This document shows positions 40,766-53,855 of a stretch of 64,000 nt of DNA, piece by piece. This DNA is from Octopus vulgaris. Taxonomy: Eukaryota. Location of the stretch: positions 7,254,001 to 7,318,000 of the forward strand of contig OX597823.1 in NCBI GenBank assembly GCA_951406725.2, given 5' to 3'. How positions within the stretch are numbered: the first letter of the stretch is position 1; every line of letters starts with the position of its first letter. The notes beneath the pieces were generated by a model. It was not told the DNA's origin, did not search any database, and saw only the letters and a program-made list of their open reading frames with translations. Both the position numbers and the translations under genes were made by a program.

Positions 40766-41789
40766 ATCTATATGTGTGACTGTGGTTGTGGTTGGTCTCC
40801 ACAGCAGCTTGACAACAGGTGGTGGTTTATTTACATCCTCATAACTTAAAATTTCTCCGAAAGAACCCAATAGAATAAGCACCCAGCTTTAAAAAAAATA
40901 CTATTTGTTCACCTAAACCCTCCATGGTGATGCCCCACCATGGCTGAAGTCCAATAACTGAAACTAGTGAAAAATGAAAGATCGTCACCATCATGATTTT
41001 AACGTCAACATTTTCATTTTTGGATGGATCAGATGAAATTTTGTAGGACCACAAATCCTTCCCATCACAAGCCCTCACTTGTTTCTGAGCAAAGTAATAT
41101 TTCCATATGGTTGGACATATTTTCATTGAAGACTGGAAATTAAGAACTTGCTTTTATATGGTGACGCTCATTTATAACAAGCCCATGATGAGGCACACAC
41201 ATATATACATACAAGACCGCCTTCATTCAGTTTCCATTTATCAAGTCCTCTCACAACTCTTTGAACAGTGTGGGCTTATAGAAGAAAGACATTTGCCCTA
41301 GGGGACTGAATCTGAAATTACATGACTGGAATGTGAACTTGAGTATTTTTCATAATGCAAAGTAAAGATTTCTGGCAGAAATATCAGACAATTTAAATGA
41401 TCTGAATCAAGGATAACAGGGACAATAACACACACACACTATATATATATATATATAAAATATTATTCACAAAGACTCCATTCCATTTTTCCACATGTCA
41501 GTAGTATAGAAAGAATGTGTGTATATTCTTATTTAACCAAGATTGAGGTTTGATAATTAATTAAATTAATTAATTAATTAAAGAGTAAATTGGGAGGCAG
41601 TACAGTATGATTGCCATCGCTTGAAAGGTTGGCTGGTTCATGGGTACTTCACAACTTGCACCTCCGTCTTGAGTCTTAAAATGTTCATACCCACTCACTC
41701 ACACACACACACTGTTGTGTTAGCATAAAGCATATGTAGCTACAGACTTTCTTATCCTGCTGATGCTATTATTGTTGCCAGTTAATTAT

Positions 41790-42020
41790 TTAAAGTACAC
41801 TTCAGTTGACAGCAAAGGATATTGCTAAAGGGCTGGCAGTTGTAGACCAAGGTTTTCTTTATAACGTTCCTAATCATGAACATAGCATAATAATTACAAG
41901 TGGCATTTACAATGATTTCTGTTCCTGTGCTGAGATGTACAAAGAGATGATGTGCTGTTAACATCACACAGTTTTGGATAAGTTCTTCACCTGTTAAGTA
42001 AATGTTGATGATGAGCTATA
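41790..42020 (+). mobile_element. Tigger/pogo-like transposase C-terminal remnant
   Basis: LTAKDIAKGL; shares ttgacagcaaag.atattgctaaaggg and tgtacaaagagatgatgt with 14650-14850. Confidence 0.5.
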
Positions 42021-42374
42021 ACATACACATTCTCCTAGCAACTCTGACTGTATCACCATCAACATTTTTTGTTGTAAGTCCATACCATATGTACTGGACT
42101 CATAATTGTAAGATTGTGATTTCAGTTCCTGGACCAGGCAATGTGTTGTGTTCATGAGCATAACACCTCATTTCATATTGCTCCAGTCCACTCAACAGAC
42201 AAAAATGAGTGTCCCATTCAGGTGGAGAATACATATGCCATGGCAAGCAGGAAACTGGCTCAAAAAGTCTATATGACTCAGGAAGGAACTTTACTCTTTT
42301 TCTACATACCCAACAACAATAATACACTAAATATTCACGTGGGTGTGTATGTGTGTATATGTGTGTATATATGT

Positions 42375-42630
42375 ATCCCGTGTCGGTGGCACGTAAAAAG
42401 CACCATCCGACCGTGGCCATTTGCTAGCCCCATCTGGCACCTGTGCGGGTGGCACGTAAAAAGCACCCACTACACTCACGGAGTGGTTGGTGTTAGGAAG
42501 GGCATCCAGCCATAGAAACATTGCCAGATCAGACTGGGCCTGGTGCAGCCTTCTGGCTTCCCAGACCCCAGTTGAACCGTCCAACCCATGCTAGCATGGA
42601 AAGCGGACGCTAAATGATGATGATGATGAT
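42375..42630 (+). mobile_element. family C retroposon
   Basis: Family consensus with (GAT)n tail. Confidence 0.85.
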
Positions 42631-42808
42631 ATGTATATATATATTTTATCTAAATATTATTTTTTAGGGAATAGCAATTCCGGCATAACAGAGGTTCAAA
42701 TCATTCTCAATGAAGAAATATATTTTAATTTAGAGATAGTATACCCCTACTTCTCACCAATTAAAAAGAATTTTATTTTTATCTTAAATACCTACTGTTT
42801 TATTCCTT

Positions 42809-42903
42809 GGCTACACGTGTTTCATGAGGTACATTCTTGGGTTCCTAAACCGCTCCGTCTTTCCCTGGAACCCCTCTCAAGATGCCACCCCAATCATCAG
42901 GCC
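42809..42903 (-). ncRNA. type I hammerhead motif with extended stem II, intact core
   Basis: Minus strand ggc-CTGATGA-t-tgggg..cttg...caag..cctca-t-GAAAC-acgt-GTA-gcc; stem III palindrome ACACGTGT. Confidence 0.65.
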
Positions 42904-43359
42904 CTTATAACTTTATCAACGTTCAATACAATAAACTATATTTTAATTTTTAAATCCCATAAATATTTGCTAAATAAGTATGTTTAAATTCAGTATGTTT
43001 AGTTTCATTGCACTCTACATTACAAGCCATAATTCAGATTAAAATTCAAATAAAGATAAGTTACAGAAATAAAAGTTACACAAATAAAGTAAGGAATAAA
43101 AATCACAAAAAATATACGAAAATTTACAAAAACTATGTTAGTTATATATAGTGCTCCAAATAAAATAAAATTTACAAATGCTATTTTAATAATATATTTA
43201 AAAAATGTGAATAAAAACGAAAGGAATACGAATATAAGTAAATACGAGAAAAAATAAAATACGAGTAAAAAAATAATAAAAATAAAAAAAAATAAAGATA
43301 ACAAGGAAAATATACACGAATAAAAGTTGATAAACATGGAGGCAATTACAAAGAGATAA

Positions 43360-43743
43360 TCTTTATATATAAAAGTAAGGTTGTGTGTCTGTCTCCTACG
43401 ATTTTGATTCCTAACTACTCCCACATTTTGCGGTGCAGTTTAACCAAAACCGGGTATCTTATAGTCGTGATTCATATCGAGCCCTTCTGGTTATTAGCGC
43501 GCGTCTACGATGAGTCTACGATTTTAAAAATAATTTACCATCATTTTTTTCCATTTTAATGCATTTTTTCGCTATTCTATAAGGGAAGTAACTCTCTAAA
43601 AATGTCTACGATGAGTCAACGATTTAAAAAAAATTTACCATCATTTTTTTCCATTTTTAATGCATTTTTTGGCTATAACTCTCTAAAAATGCTTTATAGT
43701 TATTTCCCTTACAAACCCGAGCAACGCCGGGTGATACTGCTAG
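43360..43743 (+). mobile_element. non-autonomous Helitron nested in the inverted repeat spacer
   Basis: A|TC ... hairpin ... CTAG|T; very similar to 16067-16456. Confidence 0.85.
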
Positions 43744-44419
43744 TTTCAAATAAAAGAGCTATAGTTCTAATACGAACTGCAAAATTTCAAGTGATATGAA
43801 TGGTAACTTTTTTTTTTAAATTTCAAGTGATACGAATGATAACTTTTTTCAAAATTTACAAAGTAAAATAAAATAAAATAAAATAAAATAAATATAACTT
43901 GATGGTAAAGTAAGGAAAATATGCAATTCACTGATAGCTCCATTATCCTACAACGTCCTAATTATGGCTTGACATTGTAAAGTCCAGCGAAGTACTCACA
44001 CCCTGTTTCCTGCTACTTTAAACTCTATGTATTTCTGTAACTTATCATTATTTGAATTTTTATCTGAATTATGGCTTGTACTGTAGAGTCCAGTGAAACT
44101 AAACATACCTAATTCAAACATACTTATTTTGCAAATATTTATGGGATTTAAAAATTAAAATATAGTTTATTGTATTGAAAGTTGATAAAGTTATAAGGGC
44201 CTGATGATTGGGGTGACATCTTGAGAGGGGTTCCAAGGAAACAAGGAGCGGTTTACGAACCCAAGGATGTACCTCATGAAACACATGTAACCAAGGAATG
44301 AAACAGTAGGTATTTGAAATAAAAATAAAAATTCTTTTTATTTGGTGAGAAGTAGAGGTATACTATCTCTAAATTAAAATATATATATATATAATTGCAG
44401 CGTATGCATATATATATGT

Positions 44420-45519
44420 ATATATATAGATGATTGTATTTTTCTCTTGTTAACAATTAACATAGAAAAAAATAGATAAATAGTTACGATGATAGCAAAA
44501 AATCACACAAGTAAAGAGGTTGTAACTCCTTGTTTTTAAAGGTAGAAACTTCGGGTTTACATGGAATTTTTTGTATAATATATAAATAAATAAATGGAGT
44601 TTAATGCAGGTATAATTCAAATACGTTTACTTCTGACACATGTTTCGAAGATATCACTGATATTATTCCAAAGGAATAAATGGTGTAAAGCAATGTAATC
44701 TTCTCTTATGAAAATGATGGATATGTATAGTAATTAACTGAATGCTATTAATATTGTTTGGAAAAATGTTATATGATATAACATCAGAAGTAGCCTATAG
44801 AAAGAGGAGGGATATTTTTTTAGTGAATGTTAAATATAAAAAGAAAATTAATGTTTAAATTATATATAATGATAGAGATTACTTATATGAACTAAAGGTA
44901 TGTTTTTGCCAATGTTTACATCGGTATGCATGCTCTATAACCGTGTTTACTAGGGGATTTTTAGAATAAATAATGAAAAATAGTTCAGAATTACAGAGAA
45001 GACAGAATTCCTTGCCTTTGTCATAAGATTGAGAGAATCAACCATTCTAAATTAAGTTGTTCATTGTGGTCTTTTAGATCCCGAATTAATTTACTGAGCC
45101 CTGTACTGTTATGTTTATTCCTATCCCTAAATGTTGAGTAATGGATAGAAATTCTTTTAGATAACTGTAACGACGTGCTTCCAGTGTAAAATCTTACTTT
45201 ATTATGAGTAATGATTTAGCACTGGTATATAGAATTTTTAATTTTAGAGTTACTTGACTTAAACTTAATTCTGTTGGAATTGACTTCAGATACAATAACC
45301 TTGTTATTAATATTTCTAGAGAGATGGATGGTATTAGCTAAATTAATGTTTGTATTAGTAAATGTATTAATATTTAACAGGTTGTTCTCATGTGAAGAGA
45401 TAATTTGTAAGAGATTTTTTTGTGTTGGAAAAACCAATCCTAACTGTATGTGAGTTGATAATAGAGTAATACCTAAAATTCTTTGGAAAATTCCTAATAA
45501 TAGCTTCACGAAACTGAAA

Positions 45520-45523
<4 letters not shown>
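44420..45523 (-). mobile_element. 5'-truncated Penelope-like element: GIY-YIG endonuclease pseudogene (45523 to 44879) plus 3' repeat
   Basis: NLLQIISSH...NSIYQC*...FYTGST..KRISIHYSTFRD..NSTGLSKLI.DLK...EW.IL / CLLCNSE...VN..E..RCKH: the GIY-YIG and CxxC/CxH pattern of PLE endonucleases, with a stop and frameshifts. Confidence 0.8.
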
Positions 45524-45569
<46 letters not shown>

Positions 45570-45624
45570 TATTATTAATAAATATTAATATTCATAAATT
45601 GAAACTGATTTGAAAATCGGAAAT

Positions 45625-45668
45625 CCACCTGAAGATTGTCATTAGAAGACATGAAACAATTGTAGTGG
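45625..45668 (+). ncRNA. minimal type I hammerhead ribozyme, intact core
   Basis: ccac-CTGAAGA-t-tgtc-attagaa-gaca-t-GAAAC-aatt-GTA-gtgg; stem III palindrome ACAATTGT. Confidence 0.75.
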
Positions 45669-45912
45669 CGTTTTTTTTACTTTTTATTAAAATTTTATGT
45701 ATTGATTAAGTCTTTCCTTGTTTGTTTTGCAAAATAGTGGTTTTGTCTCTAATTAATATTATATACACACATATATATATATACATATACATACTTATAC
45801 ATATATATATATATATATATATATATGGATATAGATATAGATATAGATACAGATATATATATACATACATACACACACATATATATATATATATATATAC
45901 ATATACATACTT

Positions 45913-45974
<62 letters not shown>

Positions 45975-46497
45975 ATATAGATATAGATATAGATATAGAT
46001 ATATTACATACACACACACATATATATATATATACATATAAACGTATGTATACATATGCATACATATACATTTGAATGCATATATGTAGAGAGGACTTCA
46101 AGCCACTGACTGCTGACAATCAAGATATGCCACCTTCAGCCTGGTTGCCTCATAAGCATAGGATTAAACTCTGCTGCCCAGACAGATCACAGACTGATCC
46201 ATCCTGGCTTTCCTGCTTTATGTATTTTCTGTAATCTTCCATAATTCTCTCTCTCTCTCTCTCTCTCAATATATATATATATACTGGAGTAAGCACATAA
46301 ATGTGAAACAAGGTGGAAAGAAGAGTACTCAAATACCAGAGGTAGAGTAATATGCTTTATTTAAAAGCCACAGAAATATAACATAACTTAACAAAACTGT
46401 CCAACAAACGGGAATGTGAAACTCTGAGTAACAGCTTTTGTTATATTTCTGCTGCTTTTTAAAAAAGTATATATATATATATATATATATATATAAG

Positions 46498-46800
46498 TGA
46501 GGTGCAATGGCCCAGTGGTTAGGGCAGCGGACTCGCGGTTGTAGGATCACAGTTTTGATTCCCAGATCGAGCATTGTGAGTGTTTATTGAGCGAAAACAC
46601 CTAAAGCTCCACGAGGCTCCGGCAGGGGGTGGTGGCGATCCCTGCTGTACTCTTTCACCACAACTTTCTCTCTCACTTTCTTCTGTTGGCCTGCTCGCTT
46701 AGCCAGTGGGGTGGTGTCATTTGAAGGCTAAAACAATGCGAAGCACATTGTGATCAGCGATGTGTAGCAACATCTGATAGCCTGGATGATCACGGTGATA
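46498..46800 (+). mobile_element. tRNA-derived SINE family D, full length, in (TA)n
   Basis: A-box tggcccagtgg, degenerate B-box, TA runs on both sides. Confidence 0.85.
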
Positions 46801-46819
46801 TATATATACATATATATAT

Positions 46820-47020
46820 ATCATCATCATTTAGCGTCCGCTTTCCATGCTAGCATGGGTTGGACGGGTCAACTGGGGTCTGTGAAGCTGGAAGGCTTCG
46901 TCAGGCCCAGTCAGATCTGGCAGTGTTTCTACGGCTGGATGCCCTTCTTAACGCCAACCACTCCGCGAGTGTAGTGGGTGTTTTTGACGTGCCACCTGCA
47001 CAGGTGCCAGACAGAGCTGG
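46820..47020 (-). mobile_element. family C retroposon
   Basis: Family consensus, reverse complement. Confidence 0.85.
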
Positions 47021-47603
47021 ATATATATATATTTATATATGTATGTATGTGTGTATGTGAATGCATACATAATCGGATATGTGTGTATTTTGCTTTCCTT
47101 TCCTTCTTTCTTCCCCTAACACCAAATTTGTTGACCCTCACTCAATGATGTTACTATTGAATGTTATCAAACAACACATACCAGCACAATAATGCACACA
47201 CCTACTCACACACTAGTCCCACATGTTCACACACACACACACACATATAAACACACACCTGTTCATGCAGATATACACACAAGCATATGTACATACACAA
47301 GTACAGAGATACACATGCACATGCATACCAGACGTATTCATGCATGCACACACTCATAGATGCATGCCAAACACATGCACATATGCATGCATATGCAGCA
47401 GATACTAATGCAAATGTATATGTGCACATATACACAGTAAATACTAACATACATGTATATGTGCACATATGCATACATATGTGCACATATGCACACAGCT
47501 GATCTACACCTACATATAAATGCATCAGGTACACACACCCAAGCACACACACATCATACCCCCAATGAGTTGATGCTGCTAGCTTACACATATGCATGCA
47601 CAT

Positions 47604-47639
<36 letters not shown>

Positions 47640-48100
47640 ACATGCACCAAACACCCACACCCACACACTCATGCAGTAGGGATACCCAAACAGACAGGCA
47701 TGCTGGCAACTGGTGTCGCTAGCAATTCTCTCTTCATCCTCTTGATAGCGAGGTGCCACCAACAGCTCATCCAGCCATGCAGTCCAAGAAATACAGATTG
47801 AAACTTTTATCCCTATCTGATGTTGCTCTTCTGTGAATACTAATACCAACAGCATCATGTTACCTGCTTTGGTCAACTGCAGCCCAATCTCCAGTACGCA
47901 TCTTAAACCTTTTGTATTTGGGTTTTTTTTAAGCCTGAAAAGCTAGGTTCATTTTATGCACGCATGAAGATTTAAGTTGCATGGAATTGGATCAAACTGT
48001 TATCAAATAATATATTTAACCCCCATTAAATGTGCTGTGTGTCACCTTCTTTAATTTGTCCACTTTCTGGCATATGGACATGTACATACACACACACATA

Positions 48101-48175
<75 letters not shown>

Positions 48176-48263
48176 ATATACATAAATACACATAAATTTA
48201 TATATATATATATATATATATATAAAATCTGAAATGTACAGTATTAAATATCCATCACGGTTG

Positions 48264-48346
48264 ATCTTACCAATTGGTTTCGCATATAGAATACAATAGA
48301 GTGTCAGGTAACAATCCGATTACATAACTTTACGCTCATCAAAGTT
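48264..48346 (-). ncRNA. hammerhead motif with one core substitution
   Basis: Minus strand tTGATGA-gcgta...tatgc-GAAAC-caattg-GTA; stem III palindrome ACCAATTGGT. Confidence 0.45.
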
Positions 48347-48538
48347 AGCTGACATGGAAGGGAATATGGCTACTGTTCTCTCTATATATATATAAGTTAA
48401 AATTAAAGCTTAAATTTGAAATTTAATCTTTACGTGTTGGGTATGTCCCTAGTTGTATGCCAATAAAGCAAGTTGATCCACAGTAATTGCACAGTCATCA
48501 CTAGATCTATGTTAGGAATTCCTCAGTGTAGCTTGAGT

Positions 48539-48876
48539 ATAGTAGAAACAATGTATACAGAAAATAGAATATACTGGACACTTTATTTATCACAATAATT
48601 GTTTCAACACATCCTGCATCACTCCCTTCTCAATGATTTACTTCAGGTACAACTGCTATCAACATGCTCTAGTTGATTTTACCAGCAATACATTACTTAT
48701 GTAATGAGACACTGGGTTACATCACTTAATGAGATGTGTCCGCACCATGGAATTCATTGTAATTCATTGTATACTTTCCCACCTGCGAGGAAACAATGCA
48801 GGATGTGTCGAAATGATTGTTGGGATAAATAAAGTTTTCAGTACATTCTATCTTCTGAATCCATTGGATCTACTAT
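48539..48876. repeat. degenerate inverted repeat (about 80-bp arms) with decayed hammerhead
   Basis: 48539-48619 pairs with 48796-48876; tcccac-ctgcgag...gtgtc-gaaatgattgt-tggga resembles the 45625 motif. Confidence 0.6.
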
Positions 48877-49230
48877 ATATATATATATATATGTGTATAT
48901 ATATATATATATATAATGTGTGTGTATATATATATGTGTGTGTGTGTGTGTGAGTGTGTGTGTGTGTGTCTATACACACACACACACATATGTATACATA
49001 TACATCCTCTCAGTTGAGAGGTCTCATTTCTTGCATATAACCTGGTGACCTCACTGATGCTGGTGCCACTTAAAAAGCATCCAGTATACTCTGAAAAGTG
49101 CTTGGTATTAGAAAGGGCATCCAGCCAAAACAGACAGCAAGGACTGATGCTGTCTTCTGACTGACCAATTCCAGTGGCACCATCTAATCTATACTAGCAT
49201 GAAAAATGGATGTAAAATGATGATGATGAT

Positions 49231-49265
<35 letters not shown>

Positions 49266-49296
49266 CTTCTATATATATATATATATATATATATAT

Positions 49297-49868
49297 CAAG
49301 AACAATCTTACTTAGAAAGGGATGCGTGCGTTCCGTCATATAATATATTGATAAATAAAACATGCATATATATATACATACATGTACATACCTACCTCTA
49401 CATGTATATATACACGCATATATGAGTACAGGACACCAAAAAAACGTTGAACACAATGAGAAACGAAAACATAGACACAAACCCAAGGAACTGGACATTT
49501 TTCTTAAACAACAACAAAAAAATAGAGTACAGGACAAATAACTCAAGGAAAAAACCCCTTCTTCAGTCGCCATGGTTTCATCTACTCTACGTTTCTGAAG
49601 AAAGGGTTTTTTTCCTTGAGTTATTTGTCCTGTACTCTATTTTTTTGTTGTTTAAGAAAAATGTCCAGTTCCTTGGGTTTGTGTCTATGTTTTCGTTTCT
49701 CATTGTGTTCGACGTGTTTTTGGTGTCCTGTACTCATATATGCGTGTATATATACATGTAGAGGTAGGTACGTACATATATGTATATATATACATATGCA
49801 TATGTTTTATTTATCAATATATTATATGACGGAACGCACGCATCCCTTTCTAAGTAAGATTGTTCTTG
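49297..49868. repeat. long fold-back palindrome, about 270-bp arms and 28-nt loop, in (TA)n
   Basis: caagaacaatcttacttagaaagggatgcg... and its reverse complement; loop 49567-49594. Confidence 0.9.
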
Positions 49869-49922
<54 letters not shown>

Positions 49923-50001
49923 GCATATATAAATACATACACATTCACACACACACACATATATATATATAAACATATGTATACATATATAGATATACAT
50001 G

Positions 50002-50045
<44 letters not shown>

Positions 50046-50483
50046 TACATATAAAAGTAGGTGCTAAATGATGATGATATAAGAGATTTACATATATATA
50101 TTTATGTGTATATATGTATGTATATGAATGTATGTATATGTGTGTGTGTGTGTGCGCAAGCATGTTCATGTGTGAAGAACTATAATTCCTACAAGAATTC
50201 CAAGTCACATTTTCATGGTTGTCATTTTCGTACAGAACAGTCTCTGAGTGATTGATTTTCTAGCAAAACTATTTTATGTGCAGGATAAACTCATAGATGA
50301 TATGTTTATCTTTTGATGTTTAATTAGAGCCACCAAATGACAAATTATTATTGAAACAGCGAAATGTTTAGAAATGTTTCAAATTTCAATTTTGTTGTTG
50401 TTTCTCTAGAAATTATGCTATAAATGACTTCAGAAATTATTGATATTTCTAAATTATAGAAAAACGCTACTGTCTTTTTCTTT

Positions 50484-50519
<36 letters not shown>

Positions 50520-50761
50520 TTTTTTTTGAGACATTAGCACAGGAATGGCTGTGTTATTGAATTTGCTTTGCAGCTTCTGGGTCTCAGCCATGAAAGTCTA
50601 CTGCCTGGCTTCTGGGGCTCCTTGTCTTCTAACATCGTCTCAGACTGCCCAGTATTTTGTGACTGTACTTGGTAAATGGAAAGTACATGGAAGCACATCA
50701 AACACTTATCTATATAGCTCTTTCCTCTGTCTTCCCTTCTCTGGATCTTTCCTTCTCCTAT

Positions 50762-50796
50762 GTTTCCGACGAAGAGCTCCGCTCGAAACGTTGAAC
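50762..50796 (+). ncRNA. degenerate minimal hammerhead in a PLE-like repeat
   Basis: gttt-CcGACGA-a-gagc-tcc-gctc-GAAAC-GTT-gaac. Confidence 0.45.
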
Positions 50797-51331
50797 CCTT
50801 CTTCTTTCCTTCTTTCCTGAGCGTCCAATAATACTATATTTGTTCCACGTTCTCGCGGTGTTGTGTTCTTTTGTGCTTTCTTGTTTGGATTAACTATATA
50901 TATATATCGATTAGATAAGTACCAGTTACGCACTGGGGTCGATATAATCGACTTACTCCCTTGGTCTGTCCTTGTTTGTCCTCTCTATGTTTAGCCCCTT
51001 ATGGGCAATAAAGAAATATATATATATATATATATATAGGGAGAATTCATGGAAAAACAAAAGACGAAGACAGGTGGTGTAGAAAACAAGCAGATGTATT
51101 AGTATAACAGTCAGGAATTGAAAAAGTCTTTTATATTTCGAGCCTATGCTCTTCTACAAAAAGGAACACAGAAAAAAACAAGGAGAGAAAAAAATGTATG
51201 TAGTGGCTACCGATCTATCATGGTGACTGATATATATATATATACATATATGATAGACAGATACATGTGTGTGTGTGTATGTATATGTGTATATTATATA
51301 TATCTCTCTTTCTCTCCCCCTCTCTCTCTCT

Positions 51332-51361
<30 letters not shown>

Positions 51362-51363
<2 letters not shown>

Positions 51364-51665
51364 GGCACGTAAAAGCACCATCCGTTCGTGTCCGTTGCCA
51401 GCATTGCCTGGCCCCGTGCCGGTGACACGTAAAAGCACCATCCGTTCGTGGCCGTTTGCCAGCTCTGTCTGGCACCTGTGCAGGTTGCACGTAAAAAACA
51501 CCCACTACACTCGCGGAGTGGTTGGCGTTAGGAAGGGCATCCAGCCGTAGAAACACTGCCAGATCTGACTGGGCCTGACGAAGCCTTCCAGCTTCACGGA
51601 CCCCAGTTGACCCGTCCAACCCATGCTAGCATGGAAAGCGGACGCTAAATGATGATGATGATGAT
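51362..51665 (+). mobile_element. family C retroposon
   Basis: Family consensus with (GAT)n tail and internal repeated ggcacgtaaaagcacc units. Confidence 0.85.
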
Positions 51666-52129
51666 ATATATATATATATATAAACGTATATGCATGTATA
51701 CATTTGCATAGATATTTTCTTTTATAGTTTTACATGTTTCTGCCCCAAGGCTGCAGTCATGCTGGAGTATATATATTTATAAATATATAACTTTCTTTTG
51801 ATGGAGGAATCTAAACTTGTTGTAATATTTCCATGTGACTGTCTACAAGGTTGCAGACTCAAGACTTTTTGCATATTCCATTATGAATACTGAAACTATT
51901 ATGTAACCCTAGGCTTCCTGAAACAGCTGTTGAGTCAAGAAATTATGTATTTTCTTCTTAGCATTCTGTATTTTTTATGTTCTATGTAAATATATTATTA
52001 CATATAGATATATATATATACATGTGTATGTGTGTAAACATACACATACGTATATCTATATAAATATATACATGTCTATGCATATATATATGTGTGTATG
52101 TGTGTGTGTGTCTGTCTTCCTGTCTATAT

Positions 52130-52211
<82 letters not shown>

Positions 52212-53159
52212 GAGTGTGTCTGTGAGTGAATTCAAGATTTTGATGAAAATTGATGTCAGGACCTTTAACATAATGGGGTAGATGTCAAAGGAGCAGGATG
52301 AGTGACTGTGGAGAAGATCCACCACTTCAATGAAACTGAGTTCTAGCAGAGCTGCCTGTGTGCCTATATATTTGCACAACTGGGCTTTCGCCTAATTACC
52401 TGCTTCCGCAAGACACCCACTGACTCATCTTCTCCCTCACTGTAGTTTTTCCTTGACACCAGTTTTTAAACTTACCCAGAAGTACCTCACTCGTTATCCA
52501 TCCTTCTTCAATTAGCACTGTTCTCTCCACCCATATTTTCATTGATTACCCTCCCCCACTGTGCCACCAGATCATCTCTCCTCCTCCATCACCATATGCT
52601 TCACCTCCCTCATACACTATGCCTGCTTCTCTTTTCCCTGTCCACTCCTGTGACCTACCCACCAGCATGTCATCTCTCTTATGTCCTCAGCTTTATTCTA
52701 TCATCATCACTATTTGCTGCTTTGTACTATCAGACATTCCCTAGTCTCTCACTCACTCTTACATACCTCCTACTTGAAGGTCCACTCTGACACCTCATTA
52801 CCATTATTTGTCACTTAGCAGCTCCATCTCAATACTCCTGCCTCTCTTCTAAAATGAAAGTAGTAATGCAGCTCCTATAAAGCAATATTCTGCTATTGCT
52901 TTTTTTTCTCTCTCATAATTTACTTGTCTCAGCTCTTCATCCACTCGTACAAAATTGTCCACCCAACTCTTTGAGATTTGTAGTCTTGCAAGCTGCTTAA
53001 CAACCTCACTAATGCTGGTGACATGAAAAAAGTACCCAGTACATATTGTAAAATGGTTGGCATTTGAAAGAGCATCCAGCCAGAGAAACGATGCTAAAGC
53101 AGACAATAGAGTACGATGCAGTCCTTGGGACCATCAGATCCAGTCAAACCATATATATC

Positions 53160-53548
53160 ATCATCATCATCATTATCATCATCATCATCATTGTTTAACG
53201 TCCGTTTTCCATGCTAGCATGGGTTGGACGGTTCAACCGGGGCCTGGGAAGCCAGGAGGCTGCACCAGGCTCCAGTCTGATCTGGCAGTGTTTCTACGGC
53301 TGGATGCCCTTCCTAATGCCAACCACTCCGCGAGTGTAGTAGGTGCTTTTTACGTGCCACTGGCACAGGTGCCATGGGAGTCTGGCATCGGCCACGATCA
53401 GTTGGTGCTTTTAACGTGCCACCGGCACGGAAGCCAGCCAAGGCAGTGCTGGCATCGGCCACGTTTGGATGGTGCTTTTTATGTGCCACCGGCACTGGTA
53501 TCACAACTACTATTTCCATTGATATTTATTTCGATGTTCATGTACTTG
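53160..53548 (-). mobile_element. family C retroposon
   Basis: Family consensus, reverse complement. Confidence 0.85.
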
Positions 53549-53587
<39 letters not shown>

Positions 53588-53676
53588 TTATATGAATAAG
53601 GAGAAGATCACTAATTTAAATTAAATAACAATCTTATCAAGTGGCCAGCATGGAAATAAAAAAACCTTCATAGGTA

Positions 53677-53855
53677 ATAATTATTATTAAAATTATAATT
53701 TAGGGTATCTAAGAGATACCGCCATGCTGAAAATAGCAGCCAAGATCTGACTCTAAAACCACATTTAATGTGGTTTTAGAGTCAGATCTTGGCTGCTATT
53801 TTTAGCATGGTGGTATCTCTTAGATACCCTAAATTATAATTTTAATAATAATTAT
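53677..53855. repeat. 179-bp palindrome (89-bp arms, 1-nt loop, 2 mismatches)
   Basis: Centre ccacatt-t-aatgtgg at 53766. Confidence 0.92.

Larger units (their letters stand above)
42719..44381. mobile_element. inverted pair of PLE-like terminal repeats (42719-43071 and 44030-44381)
   Basis: About 350-bp arms that are reverse complements with scattered substitutions; each carries a hammerhead motif. Confidence 0.75.

Noticed and set aside
47202-47876. 224-aa ORF
   Set aside because: Mostly CA/TG microsatellite; the unique part has no recognisable motif
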